DNA from: a virus
DNA: 64,000 nucleotides
Reading direction: 5' to 3' (one strand)
IMG/VR virus record: IMGVR_UViG_3300042346_000188
Location: 17,116 to 81,115 of that record
Numbering within the stretch: position 1 is the first letter of the stretch; each line of letters begins with the position of its first letter. Below, one piece after another: positions 38,714 through 47,671 of the stretch. The position numbers were made by a program, and so were the translations under genes. The notes beneath the pieces are model-generated. The model searched no databases. It was not told the DNA's origin and saw only the letters and a list, made by a program, of their open reading frames with translations.

Positions 38714-39133
38714 ATGTTTCCTTTAATTGCTTTAGGTGTTACAGCTTTAGGTGGATTTGGTTATACTAAAACAAATTCTTACAAAAGAAAAGTAGAACGT
38801 CATGCAAGACGTGCTGCTGAGAAAGCAACAAAAATTGCGAAAACCCAACTAGAGGCTGAAGCCTTGCATGACCTGATGGTAGAAGATATGGCTAAGTCAG
38901 ACTCTGCTAATCTTGAAGGTCGATTCTGTGTTAACGAGAAAGATAAGGAGTTAAAATATGTACGCTCAATACGAACATTAAAGCTGGATAATTTACAAAT
39001 ACTTTCGTATGAGAAAGATGATACGGAAGTAGCAGTTGTTGATACAAAGGGTTCGGTCGTCCCCTTCTATTTGAAAAAGAACGATGCGCTTCTACTACAA
39101 GAAATTTTAGACAAACGGTTTCCAACACCGTAA
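38714..39133 (+). CDS. hypothetical protein with N-terminal hydrophobic anchor
   Basis: AGGTGA RBS before ATG 38714 (ORF-track start 38564 unlikely); MFPLIALGVTALGGFG then a charged helix. Confidence 0.65.
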   Translation: MFPLIALGVTALGGFGYTKTNSYKRKVERHARRAAEKATKIAKTQLEAEALHDLMVEDMAKSDSANLEGRFCVNEKDKELKYVRSIRTLKLDNLQILSYEKDDTEVAVVDTKGSVVPFYLKKNDALLLQEILDKRFPTP

Positions 39134-39168
39134 GTTGGAGAGTATTGTAGTCATATCTAAGGATTACA

Positions 39169-39294
39169 ATGGCATTTCTACAATACTCGGTTACAATTCT
39201 GTTAATGTTTGCTTTATTAGGCATCTCGCTTGTTAGTTTTACTGTAGGTACATGTATTCACCTACACAGAACAGGAGTAAGAAAATGCCGTTAA
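39169..39294 (+). CDS. small membrane protein (41 aa)
   Basis: AAGGA RBS; single TM segment with basic tail. Confidence 0.45.
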   Translation: MAFLQYSVTILLMFALLGISLVSFTVGTCIHLHRTGVRKCR

Positions 39295-39359
39295 TTTATT
39301 TAGCAGTTGTTGTATTAGTTGCAAAAGTTATGGACTCCGTTATTAACGAAGACAAGTAA
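39285..39359 (+). CDS. very small membrane peptide (24 aa)
   Basis: AGGAG RBS; MPLIYLAVVVLVAKVMDSVINEDK. Confidence 0.4.
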   Translation: MPLIYLAVVVLVAKVMDSVINEDK

Positions 39360-39368
39360 CAAAAACAC

Positions 39369-39434
39369 ACCCCTTTCAGATTCGATTCCTTAACAGGTTT
39401 CGGGTTTGAGAGGGGTTCCTCCTTTATTTTTTCC
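39369..39434 (+). terminator. long hairpin plus U-tract ending the early region
   Basis: 17-bp G.U-rich stem, UU/UU internal loop, CCT-TAAC-AGG tip, then TCCTCCTTTATTTTTT. Confidence 0.65.
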
Positions 39435-39446
39435 ATTTTGGTACTT

Positions 39447-41666
39447 ATGCGAAATAAATTATTACGTTCTTTAAAGTCTAGAATTGTATCTGAGATTGCT
39501 CCTCAATCTCCATTACGATTCTTAAAGAAGTTGAATATCGAAGATCATCTTGATGAGATAATTGCCAACGCTTATTTGTATACTAGGCCTAAGAAAGGCT
39601 CTGATAAGCAGATTATAATGTCAGAGGTAATTAGTATTCTTGGCCATAACATGCGAAAAGGTGAAAAGAAAGACTCTGCTACTGCAGCAAGATGCGGAGC
39701 ATTCATTCTGTATTCTTTTGACAGCTTAGGTCTAACAGAAATTGTAATGACTAATGCAGCCAATGGGCACGGTACATATATTGTTAATGTAATTGATGAA
39801 AAGAGTATGCAAGAGTTGTGGGAAACTGTTGGTAGGCAAGGAGGTAAGGGAAAACTGCCCTCACTAGTACCATATGAAGATTGGAAAGGGTTTAAACATT
39901 CTACAGGCTTGTCTTTAGTTAAGACACAGTCTAGAGAGGTTGCAGCTACACTAACACCAGCTACTCATCCTATTGTATTTGAAGCAGTAAATAAGAGTCA
40001 AAGAGTTGGCTGGATTATAAACCAAGAAGTATACGCAATTGCTAAGTGGGCGTTGAGTAATAAAACAGAAGCATTCTCAGATATTTGGGAACAAAACAAT
40101 CCACAGGCAAGAACAACAAAGCTGCGAGAAACCAAAGCAATTTTAAGTATTGCAGATAAGTTTACTGATACAACTTTCTATCATCTGTACTACCTTGATT
40201 TTAGAGGTCGTAAGTACCCTACAACAGCATATCTGCATGAACAATCTTCAGATATAGCTAAAGGCTTACTGCTTAGAAAAGACAAGAAAGTTATTGGACA
40301 AGAGGGTTTCTTTTGGCTATGTGTATCTATTGCATCTAATTGGGCAGGCAGCTCAGGCAGAGAAGATGGTGCAAAGACTGACAAAATACCACTTAGAGAT
40401 AGATACCATTGGGTTCTAGACAATGAAGAGATTTTAACAGCTTATGCAATGTCGCCTAAGTTGCATCAAGGTTGGATGGATGCTGATAAGCCTTGGCAAT
40501 TCCTTGCAGCTTGTGTAGAGCTTAAGAATGCATTAAGTATGGGTTCAATGTACTTACAGTATGAATCACATATAGAATGCTTTATTGACGGTTCTACTAA
40601 TGGCTCTCAACATTTAAGTGCGTTAACTAGAGATGAAGTTACTGCCCCTTATGTTAATTTAGTACCGCTAGATATGCCTGGTGATTTATATGCATACGTA
40701 GCTGCTCATGTGTGGATGAAGATTGATTCAGTTCTTAGCAGAATGCCACCTGCATTAATACTAGAATGTGAAGAATTCATTGATGGATTAATATCGCTGA
40801 AGAAGAAAATTGTAGCTGCAGAGCCTAAATCTGATTTGAGAGCAGAATTAGTAATGCAAATTAGACAGTACAAAAAAGATTGGGAATCTGTTGGCAATAA
40901 AGCTGCACCTGTATTCTGGGGTAGAATTAAAGACTCTAAGCAAAGACGTAAAATTGTAAAGAGAAATGTAATGACACTACCTTATGGGGGCTCTAGCTAT
41001 GGTCTATCTGAACAACAAATAGATGATTCAAAGAAACATGGCATAGAGTTGTTAATGAATATGGAGCATAAATGGGCAGCTTGGATGGGCAGATTGGTAT
41101 ATGAAGATGCTAAAGACTCGCTAGAAAGACCTATGATGTTGTTGTCTGTATTTGAAAAAGCTGGTGCAGCTGCAGAGAAAAGAGGTCAATTCTTAGAGTG
41201 GGTTGTGCCTGTAACAAACTTTCCTGTAGTACAAAACTATACAGAGGGTAAGACTAAGAGAATACATATTCAGTGGGGGCCTCGAATTGGTATTAGAAGC
41301 GATACCACAGGATACTTTGGGAATGATCTGCAATTGCATGTATGTTTCATTGAGGATCAAGTTCCCTCAAAAGGAAAGCAGTCTCAAGGAGCAGCACCTA
41401 ATGTAATCCATTCTTTGGATGCAGCACATCTAGCAATGACAACAGTTAGATGTGATTTTCCTATCACTACAATACATGATTCATATGGATGCCTATTAGC
41501 AGACATGCCTAAGCTTTATCGTATTGTGCGTGAGACATTTGTTGAGTTGTACCGAGATAATCCTTTGTACCCTATCATAGATAAGATTGATGGTGATCTT
41601 ACTTATGTAGATATGGGTGATTTGGATGTTAATTTAATTCTAGAAAGTGAATATGCTTTCGCATAG
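39447..41666 (+). CDS. single-subunit T7-type DNA-dependent RNA polymerase
   Basis: LDFRGRKY, DKPWQFLAAC, motif A DGSTNGSQHL, motif B RKIVKRNVMTLPYG, APNVIHSLDAAHL, motif C IHDSYG. Confidence 0.95.
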   Translation: MRNKLLRSLKSRIVSEIAPQSPLRFLKKLNIEDHLDEIIANAYLYTRPKKGSDKQIIMSEVISILGHNMRKGEKKDSATAARCGAFILYSFDSLGLTEIVMTNAANGHGTYIVNVIDEKSMQELWETVGRQGGKGKLPSLVPYEDWKGFKHSTGLSLVKTQSREVAATLTPATHPIVFEAVNKSQRVGWIINQEVYAIAKWALSNKTEAFSDIWEQNNPQARTTKLRETKAILSIADKFTDTTFYHLYYLDFRGRKYPTTAYLHEQSSDIAKGLLLRKDKKVIGQEGFFWLCVSIASNWAGSSGREDGAKTDKIPLRDRYHWVLDNEEILTAYAMSPKLHQGWMDADKPWQFLAACVELKNALSMGSMYLQYESHIECFIDGSTNGSQHLSALTRDEVTAPYVNLVPLDMPGDLYAYVAAHVWMKIDSVLSRMPPALILECEEFIDGLISLKKKIVAAEPKSDLRAELVMQIRQYKKDWESVGNKAAPVFWGRIKDSKQRRKIVKRNVMTLPYGGSSYGLSEQQIDDSKKHGIELLMNMEHKWAAWMGRLVYEDAKDSLERPMMLLSVFEKAGAAAEKRGQFLEWVVPVTNFPVVQNYTEGKTKRIHIQWGPRIGIRSDTTGYFGNDLQLHVCFIEDQVPSKGKQSQGAAPNVIHSLDAAHLAMTTVRCDFPITTIHDSYGCLLADMPKLYRIVRETFVELYRDNPLYPIIDKIDGDLTYVDMGDLDVNLILESEYAFA

Positions 41667-41675
41667 GAGTTTATA

Positions 41676-41978
41676 ATGCAGTTAATGACAATTCGTGAGT
41701 ACTTAGAAATGATTGAGTTTGAAGTATGTTATCAGACATTGAGCCACAGGTTAACTTTGATAGGTGTCAGACCTTATCAGTTTAAAAAGGTTGGTAAGAA
41801 CTTTGCAGGTTTATTTAAACTATCTGATCTACAAGCTGCTGGTAACTACAAGAGAAGACTACCACGTAAACCACAACCTGTAGTCTTGCAAACAGAAATA
41901 CTTAGGTTTCTAAGTAACCCTTTAACGCCTGTACATCGCTGGTATGGCTATAGAAATGAGGAATTAAAATGGCTTTGA
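41676..41978 (+). CDS. putative DNA-binding protein (wHTH/excisionase-like N-terminus)
   Basis: LMTIREYLEM..VCYQTLSHRL..GVRPY pattern; basic; AGGAG RBS. Confidence 0.4.
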   Translation: MQLMTIREYLEMIEFEVCYQTLSHRLTLIGVRPYQFKKVGKNFAGLFKLSDLQAAGNYKRRLPRKPQPVVLQTEILRFLSNPLTPVHRWYGYRNEELKWL

Positions 41979-42169
41979 GTGTAATTGGCGGTGGAAAGAA
42001 TAAAGAACCACAAATAAAGATTTTTAAAGTTGTTCAAGGTGATCCAGATCATATTGATCAATTAAATGTACTAATTGCCAATAGCTGGCAAATTACAGAA
42101 ATCATTTCTCTTAGCGGCTTTTTAAATATGCCAGGGGAAGCTCACTATTTATTGGAAAAAGTAGATTAA
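41969..42169 (+). CDS. hypothetical protein
   Basis: GAGG RBS; overlaps the previous stop. Confidence 0.6.
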   Translation: MALSVIGGGKNKEPQIKIFKVVQGDPDHIDQLNVLIANSWQITEIISLSGFLNMPGEAHYLLEKVD

Positions 42170-42195
42170 GCCTGGGCATGCTTCTTAACTGCCCA
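42168..42195 (+). ncRNA. putative H-type pseudoknot element, copy 2
   Basis: Stem AAGC/GCTT, loop CTGGGCAT pairing with TGCCCA after a CTTAAC linker. Confidence 0.5.
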
Positions 42196-42217
42196 CAACT
42201 GACAGAAGGAGGTCGTC

Positions 42218-42592
42218 ATGTTAATGACACCAACACTATGTCTCGTTGCTGCAATGTACTTCGAGGCTAGAAACCAAACGTCCGATGCCATGTTAGGTGT
42301 CGGTCAAGTATTGATGGAGAATACAGAGAATGGCAAAACTATGTATGATACATTGAAAAAGAAAGGGCTGTTCTCTTGGGCTAGGAAAGGTGTTAAGATA
42401 CCAAATCCTAAGAGTCCGGCGGACGTTGAAGTTTTTGAGCATCAGCAGAAGCTGGCGCGAAAAATGCTTTTCAAACAGCTTAGAACACCTTTATTACGAG
42501 GTAAGTATAAGCATTTTAATAATTGGCAATTAGGCAGGCGATTCAAAACTAATGTACCGTTGGTTAGAATTGATGACTTAGTTTTCTATTAG
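42218..42592 (+). CDS. cell wall hydrolase (SleB/Hydrolase_2-like)
   Basis: CL-x-x-AMYFEAR-x-Q...VGQV...FSW...RIDDLVFY. Confidence 0.75.
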   Translation: MLMTPTLCLVAAMYFEARNQTSDAMLGVGQVLMENTENGKTMYDTLKKKGLFSWARKGVKIPNPKSPADVEVFEHQQKLARKMLFKQLRTPLLRGKYKHFNNWQLGRRFKTNVPLVRIDDLVFY

Positions 42593-42600
42593 GATATTTT

Positions 42601-42870
42601 ATGTACGAAGATTTATATGCAACAGTACAATATGTACTAGAGTCAGAAGGGAATGATTTTGAAGAATACATGGATGCTACGTGGGGTACAGAAGATTTCA
42701 CATTGGCTAATGGCGACATGTTCGATAGGGCTCTAAAAGACCCCGATGTCGATCACCCATATGCTACAGCAATAAAGGCTAGAAGAAAACTTGATGAAAT
42801 GTGTGAAGCTGATAGAGTAGCAAAACCTTTGTATTTAACAGTAGATCAAGTAATGGCATTAGCGCTATGA
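42601..42870 (+). CDS. hypothetical acidic protein
   Basis: AGGA RBS; ORF track. Confidence 0.6.
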   Translation: MYEDLYATVQYVLESEGNDFEEYMDATWGTEDFTLANGDMFDRALKDPDVDHPYATAIKARRKLDEMCEADRVAKPLYLTVDQVMALAL

Positions 42871-43031
42871 GTGCGTGGGATTATATCATAATTGCGTATG
42901 CTGTATTTGCTACTTATAGGGTAGGGAAGTTGACTATCATAATTAATGAGCTTAGGAATGTATGCGCAGATCTAGAATCACGTTTAATTTTAATTACGTT
43001 AAGTAAAGGACCAAATGACAAATTTCACTGA
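42867..43031 (+). CDS. small membrane-anchored protein (54 aa)
   Basis: ATGA overlap; N-terminal hydrophobic segment; not in the ORF track. Confidence 0.45.
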   Translation: MSAWDYIIIAYAVFATYRVGKLTIIINELRNVCADLESRLILITLSKGPNDKFH

Positions 43032-43191
43032 TGAAGAGATAGAAGAATTACGCCAAATGATTAATGTACTTGGCGTATGTATAGGCGGTCCAGAAGGCTA
43101 TGATGAAAATGATCCTAGTAGCTACTGGCCATTGGCAACTGCTATTGTAAAATGGCAAGGGAGGTTAAATGAAAATATTCAGCAAGCTTAA
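43015..43191 (+). CDS. hypothetical protein (58 aa)
   Basis: AAGGA RBS; not in the ORF track. Confidence 0.5.
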   Translation: MTNFTDEEIEELRQMINVLGVCIGGPEGYDENDPSSYWPLATAIVKWQGRLNENIQQA

Positions 43192-43549
43192 TGATCTGCT
43201 GATTGCATTACAATCAAACCCAGATTATCATGAAATTCTTGAAGACATGCTTCCTGTATTAAGGGGCTTAATTCCAACTAGTACATTAATGAATGACTTA
43301 GGTGGTGATGTTTATATTCTCGAAACATTGGAAGATTTCAAAGAGATTGAAGTATTTGATTTGGATGACCCTGGTAAGAGTCTACTTGATAAAGCAGGCA
43401 TATTTGACATTGTATCGTTTTGCGATGTAGATTGGATAAAAATACTATCATTAACATCAGATAGCGGTGGTCCGGTTTATTACATTCCACGAGAGCTTGC
43501 TCGACTTAACCCAAACGTGGGAGCATCTCTTGAGCTTTCGAATTCATAG
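43169..43549 (+). CDS. hypothetical protein
   Basis: GGGAGG RBS; 126 aa. Confidence 0.7.
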   Translation: MKIFSKLNDLLIALQSNPDYHEILEDMLPVLRGLIPTSTLMNDLGGDVYILETLEDFKEIEVFDLDDPGKSLLDKAGIFDIVSFCDVDWIKILSLTSDSGGPVYYIPRELARLNPNVGASLELSNS

Positions 43550-43568
43550 ACCCCGTTAAATTAACCCT
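43550..43568 (+). promoter_or_regulatory. 19-bp box, copy 2 (upstream of the replication module)
   Basis: Exact repeat. Confidence 0.7.
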
Positions 43569-43597
43569 TACATCAACCTACTATATGAGATTTAAAA

Positions 43598-44095
43598 ATG
43601 GCAATTCTTAAAAATATTGAAATACACTGGCCACAACTTGATAAACCTGAATCAAAGTATAATCCTCAGAATCCAAGATGGACAATGCAATGCCGCACTT
43701 ATGATAAGGCTCTCTCGAAGCAAGTTAAAGCAATGGGAGTTAAGGTTGAGGAAGAGGAATTACCAGATGGTACAGAATACTGGAGATTCTCTTTAGGAAA
43801 GAATACTGTTTCAAAAACTACAGGGAACAAGAATCCGCCTGTAGAAGTTTTAGATGGTAACTTACAACCAATTCCTTCTAAGTCTATTGGCAATGGTTCT
43901 GTTGCAAATGTACGTGTTTTAGAATGGGAAGATAAGAATAAGGCTGGCGTAAGTGCTGGTGCAATCTTAATGGCAGTACAGATTACAAAATTAATCCCTT
44001 ATGTAGCAAAAGGTATTGATAAGGAATCTTTTGAAGTTACAGAGACAGAGATTGTATATGAAGAAATGCCAGATATTGATGGGGATGTATTCTAA
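43598..44095 (+). CDS. single-stranded DNA-binding protein (T7 gp2.5-like)
   Basis: IGNGSVANV and L-x-AVQI-x-x-L-x-x-Y motifs; acidic tail ending in Phe; heads the replication cluster. Confidence 0.75.
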   Translation: MAILKNIEIHWPQLDKPESKYNPQNPRWTMQCRTYDKALSKQVKAMGVKVEEEELPDGTEYWRFSLGKNTVSKTTGNKNPPVEVLDGNLQPIPSKSIGNGSVANVRVLEWEDKNKAGVSAGAILMAVQITKLIPYVAKGIDKESFEVTETEIVYEEMPDIDGDVF

Positions 44096-44595
44096 TGGCA
44101 CGCTATAACTATACAGCAATCAATGAAGATGGCTCTGAAGGTACAAAATACTCTGACTTCAATGAGATACCAATCAATGCTATTATTGGAGATTATGGCC
44201 ATATTAGAGCAACTCGCGTGGAAGACGATACAATGGCGGGTGCGCTAGTAATCAGAGATGATTATGAAGCTTGGCGTGAAATGCTTGATCGCTGTCATTG
44301 GGTTCCAAAGTCTGAAGTTGCTACTGCAGTGGATCCAAAGCATTACAAGGGCTACGTAGAGGAATTCCAATGGATTGACACTATGAGCCGTATCCCTACG
44401 CTTAAAGATCCTAAAATATTTTCTGGTGCTGTAGAAATGCAAATTAGAAAGTATCTTGATCGCAATGGGCAAAAGGATGATGTTATACAAGAGTTGCTTA
44501 AAGCACGATGGTATTTAAACTATCTGATTGCTTATAAAGTAGCAGATAGGCCAATCATGGTAGATGAGGTCGAAGATATTATATCTTCAATTTAA
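44095..44595 (+). CDS. DUF3310 / T7 gp1.7-like protein
   Basis: AVDPKHY...KYLDR-x-G-x-K...ELLKARWYL. Confidence 0.7.
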   Translation: MARYNYTAINEDGSEGTKYSDFNEIPINAIIGDYGHIRATRVEDDTMAGALVIRDDYEAWREMLDRCHWVPKSEVATAVDPKHYKGYVEEFQWIDTMSRIPTLKDPKIFSGAVEMQIRKYLDRNGQKDDVIQELLKARWYLNYLIAYKVADRPIMVDEVEDIISSI

Positions 44596-44599
44596 CAAC

Positions 44600-44632
44600 A
44601 AAAGGGCGTTTCGCATAAGCGGAGCGCCTTTT
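44600..44632 (+). terminator. hairpin terminator between DUF3310 and the polymerase
   Basis: AAAGGGCGTTTCGC-ATAA-GCGGAGCGCCTTTT. Confidence 0.6.
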
Positions 44633-44646
44633 AATCGAGACTTACT

Positions 44647-46599
44647 ATGAATTATGTATTCGACATAGAATCGGATGGATTGCTGAAAGACGTTACACGA
44701 ATGTGGATTATGGTCGTTAAAGATCTTAAAACGGGTAAACGTACAAGGTTCTTAGAAGGTGATCTTGGTTGGCAAGAGTTGTTTAACAATGCTAATCAAG
44801 TCGTTGGTCATAATATTATAAATTACGACTTACCTGTTCTTGAAAAGTTGTTTGGCTATAGACTGCCAACGTATGTAAAAGCTGTAGATACTTTAATTCT
44901 TTCACAAATACTTGACTATAAAAGATTTGGTGATAAAGGTCATTCTCTTAAAGTATGGGGCGAATATTTAGATGCACCTAAACAAGAATTTGAAGATTGG
45001 TCTAAGTACTCGGAAACAATGGCTCTCTATTGCGAAAATGACGTTGAGGTTAATACCAAAATTTTAATGGCATTGAAAGATGAATTAGACAGAGGCGCTG
45101 ATAGGTTTCCTGAAAAGTTTAAATTAACAAGAGAGTACATTAAAGTAGAGCATGCAGTTGCTAAATGGTGTGCTGATGCAAGTTTGCACGGCTGGCCATT
45201 TGATGTAGAAAAAGCTTATGAGCTTTATGATGAGCTTGAAACAAAGATGAATAGTACTTATGGGATACTTAATAAAAAGCTTGGTGTAAAAACTGTAGCT
45301 TGCGATAAGAAGGCTAGTGATCCGACTGACTTTGGACGTAAGCCTAAATTCCTAAAAGACGGTAGGTATGATATACACCTTGCTCGTTGGTTTAATATTG
45401 ACCAGTGGAGCGGAGTTGAGCCTGACGATCGTTTAGTAGCCGGTGAGTATTGTAAGTTTGAAATTGTACCGTTGAGTCTTAACTCAGTAGCTGATGTAAA
45501 GATATTTCTATATAGAAATGGCTGGCAACCAACAGATTGGAACTACAAGTTAACTGAAGATCTAAAGCGTGAAAGAACAACGCCTAAAATTACTGAAGAT
45601 AGCTTAGAGTTCTTAGGCGGAGATGGCAAGCTATATAGTAACTATTTGACTGAGAAGGCTAGACACTCAATTGTAAAAACATGGTTGGAGAACGTAGATG
45701 ACAATAATAGACTTCATGGAGACTGCATGGTTATCGGGACCCCTAGCATGCGTTCACGTCATAGTATTATTGTTAATATCCCTAGTCCTGATGCTCCATA
45801 CGGGAAACAAATGAGATCATTGTTCAAGTGTAGTCCTGGTTGGAAAATAGTAGGCTGTGACAGTGCTGGCAATCAAGCTAGAGGCTTGGCTCATTTTCTT
45901 AAAGATGATAAGTTTACAGATATTCTTCTAAATGGCGATATTCATACTTTTAATGCAGATACCCTTACTCGTATTTTGAGAAAAAATCTTTACATTGATT
46001 GGAATGAGTATTGGATAGAACAGGGCGTTACGGCAGATGAAAAGCATACGTTAGAAGAGAACCTTGCTATTCGTAGAAGAAATTGTGCTAAGCGGGTATT
46101 GTATGCATTCTTGTTTGGAGCTTCAGGTGGCAAGCTTTGGAGCTATATGTTTAATGGAGAAATGAATGACACGCAAGGCAATAAAGTCAAAAAAGAGTTT
46201 ATTGCTGCAGTTCCAGGTTTTAAAGAACTTCTAAAAGAGCTGGAAACTACATATGGTGGTACAAAGAAAACAGGACACGGTTACATTGCTAGCTTGGCGC
46301 ACACTAGATTGTATGTAGATTCTTTTCATAAGTTACTAGTGTACAAGCTACAAGCTACAGAAAAGATTACTTGTGGTGCAGCATGTATGCTAGTACAACA
46401 ATACCTACAAGAAGAAGGTATTCCTTATCAACCTTTGATTATGTATCATGACGAGTTTCAATTCATGGTACCTGAAGAGCATGCGGAGAGAGCAGTAGAA
46501 TTAGGCATAAAAGCCTTCCAAGAAGGCCCTAAATTGTTTGGAGTCACCATTATGGATGGCTCTGGTTCCTTTGGTAACACTTGGCTGGAGACGCATTGA
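44647..46599 (+). CDS. family A DNA polymerase with 3'-5' exonuclease (T7 gp5-like)
   Basis: ExoI FDIESDG, ExoII GHNIINYD, ExoIII YCENDV; motif A GCDSAGNQAR, B AKRVLYAFLFG, C YHDEFQ. Confidence 0.95.
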   Translation: MNYVFDIESDGLLKDVTRMWIMVVKDLKTGKRTRFLEGDLGWQELFNNANQVVGHNIINYDLPVLEKLFGYRLPTYVKAVDTLILSQILDYKRFGDKGHSLKVWGEYLDAPKQEFEDWSKYSETMALYCENDVEVNTKILMALKDELDRGADRFPEKFKLTREYIKVEHAVAKWCADASLHGWPFDVEKAYELYDELETKMNSTYGILNKKLGVKTVACDKKASDPTDFGRKPKFLKDGRYDIHLARWFNIDQWSGVEPDDRLVAGEYCKFEIVPLSLNSVADVKIFLYRNGWQPTDWNYKLTEDLKRERTTPKITEDSLEFLGGDGKLYSNYLTEKARHSIVKTWLENVDDNNRLHGDCMVIGTPSMRSRHSIIVNIPSPDAPYGKQMRSLFKCSPGWKIVGCDSAGNQARGLAHFLKDDKFTDILLNGDIHTFNADTLTRILRKNLYIDWNEYWIEQGVTADEKHTLEENLAIRRRNCAKRVLYAFLFGASGGKLWSYMFNGEMNDTQGNKVKKEFIAAVPGFKELLKELETTYGGTKKTGHGYIASLAHTRLYVDSFHKLLVYKLQATEKITCGAACMLVQQYLQEEGIPYQPLIMYHDEFQFMVPEEHAERAVELGIKAFQEGPKLFGVTIMDGSGSFGNTWLETH

Positions 46600-46892
46600 T
46601 GAATAGCGAGCAATACCTTTTAGTATGTTTAATGGAAGAGTTATCAGAAGCAGCACAAGAAGCTTCTAAATGTATTAGATTCACACTAGATCATCAGTAT
46701 GAAGAATACGAACACACAAACAAGCAAAAGCTAAAGAATGAATTAGCGGACGTACAAGCTATTCTTATTATGCTAGCTAGTGAATGTAATATTAGGCTGA
46801 ATTGTGATATGAAATCTCACATAAGAGATAAGATAGCCAAAACAGAAATGCGTATGATTTTGTCACAAGATATGGGAGTTTTAGAAAAATGA
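46599..46892 (+). CDS. MazG-like nucleotide pyrophosphohydrolase
   Basis: LMEELSEAAQ...ELADV signature. Confidence 0.75.
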   Translation: MNSEQYLLVCLMEELSEAAQEASKCIRFTLDHQYEEYEHTNKQKLKNELADVQAILIMLASECNIRLNCDMKSHIRDKIAKTEMRMILSQDMGVLEK

Positions 46893-47671
46893 TAGCACTT
46901 ATCGATGCGGATGGTTTAACTTATTCTGTTTGTTACAATCGTGAAAAGCAGAATCCAATAGTTAACCTCGATGACGAAGGTATGGTAACGTATACCACTG
47001 AAGAAGAAGCTGAATATAAAGCTGATATTTTTAGAAACTTTTGTAGAGAACTTTCTGAAGTAAGTGAAAATGTATTTGCCACAGAGTCGCGTATTGTACT
47101 TAGAGGTAAGAATAACTTTAGGCATGCAGTAGATGCATTCTATAAGTCTAAGAGAAATTCTGGCGGTATAAAGAAATATGCCGATTACATCAAAGATACA
47201 GCATTGTCGTTTGAAATGGCAATAGATTCTGAAGGTTGTGAAAGTGATGATATCATACGTATCTGGGCAGAAGAGCTTAGAGCTGAAGGTAAGGAATTTA
47301 TTGTTTGTACTACAGACAAAGACCTTAAGATGATTGCTGGTAAGCACTATCATTTGAAAACTAAACAAATAAGTGAAGTATCTGAACACGAAGCCTTGAT
47401 GTCTTATCATCAGCAACTTCTAATGGGAGATGCAGTTGATAGTATTCCAGGTATTTGGAAAATGGGGCCTGTAAAGTCTGCAAAGGCTTTGAAGGACTGT
47501 GTAACACTAGAATCCTTTCAAGAAGTAGTCATAAATGAGTATATTAAAGCGTATGGCGACAGATGGCCAGAAGAACTTACACTTACAGGTAAGCTTATAC
47601 ATTTATGGCGATGGCCTGAAGACTACTTCAGCTTGGATGAATGGCCACTGGCTAAGGAATTATTAGGTTAA
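46889..47671 (+). CDS. 5'-3' exonuclease (T7 gp6-like)
   Basis: LIDADG, NFR, YK-x-x-R, ESDD, DKDL, GD-x-x-D-x-IPG motifs. Confidence 0.9.
   Translation: MIALIDADGLTYSVCYNREKQNPIVNLDDEGMVTYTTEEEAEYKADIFRNFCRELSEVSENVFATESRIVLRGKNNFRHAVDAFYKSKRNSGGIKKYADYIKDTALSFEMAIDSEGCESDDIIRIWAEELRAEGKEFIVCTTDKDLKMIAGKHYHLKTKQISEVSEHEALMSYHQQLLMGDAVDSIPGIWKMGPVKSAKALKDCVTLESFQEVVINEYIKAYGDRWPEELTLTGKLIHLWRWPEDYFSLDEWPLAKELLG

Noticed and set aside
39381-39389. TTCGATTCC resembling a tRNA T-loop
   Set aside because: No cloverleaf; it is part of the long hairpin. No tRNA was recognised in the window
44647-46892. Z-base (diaminopurine) genome suggested by PolA Y-to-F and the adjacent MazG-like gene
   Set aside because: No PurZ/PurA-like or DatZ-like gene recognised in the nucleotide metabolism cluster
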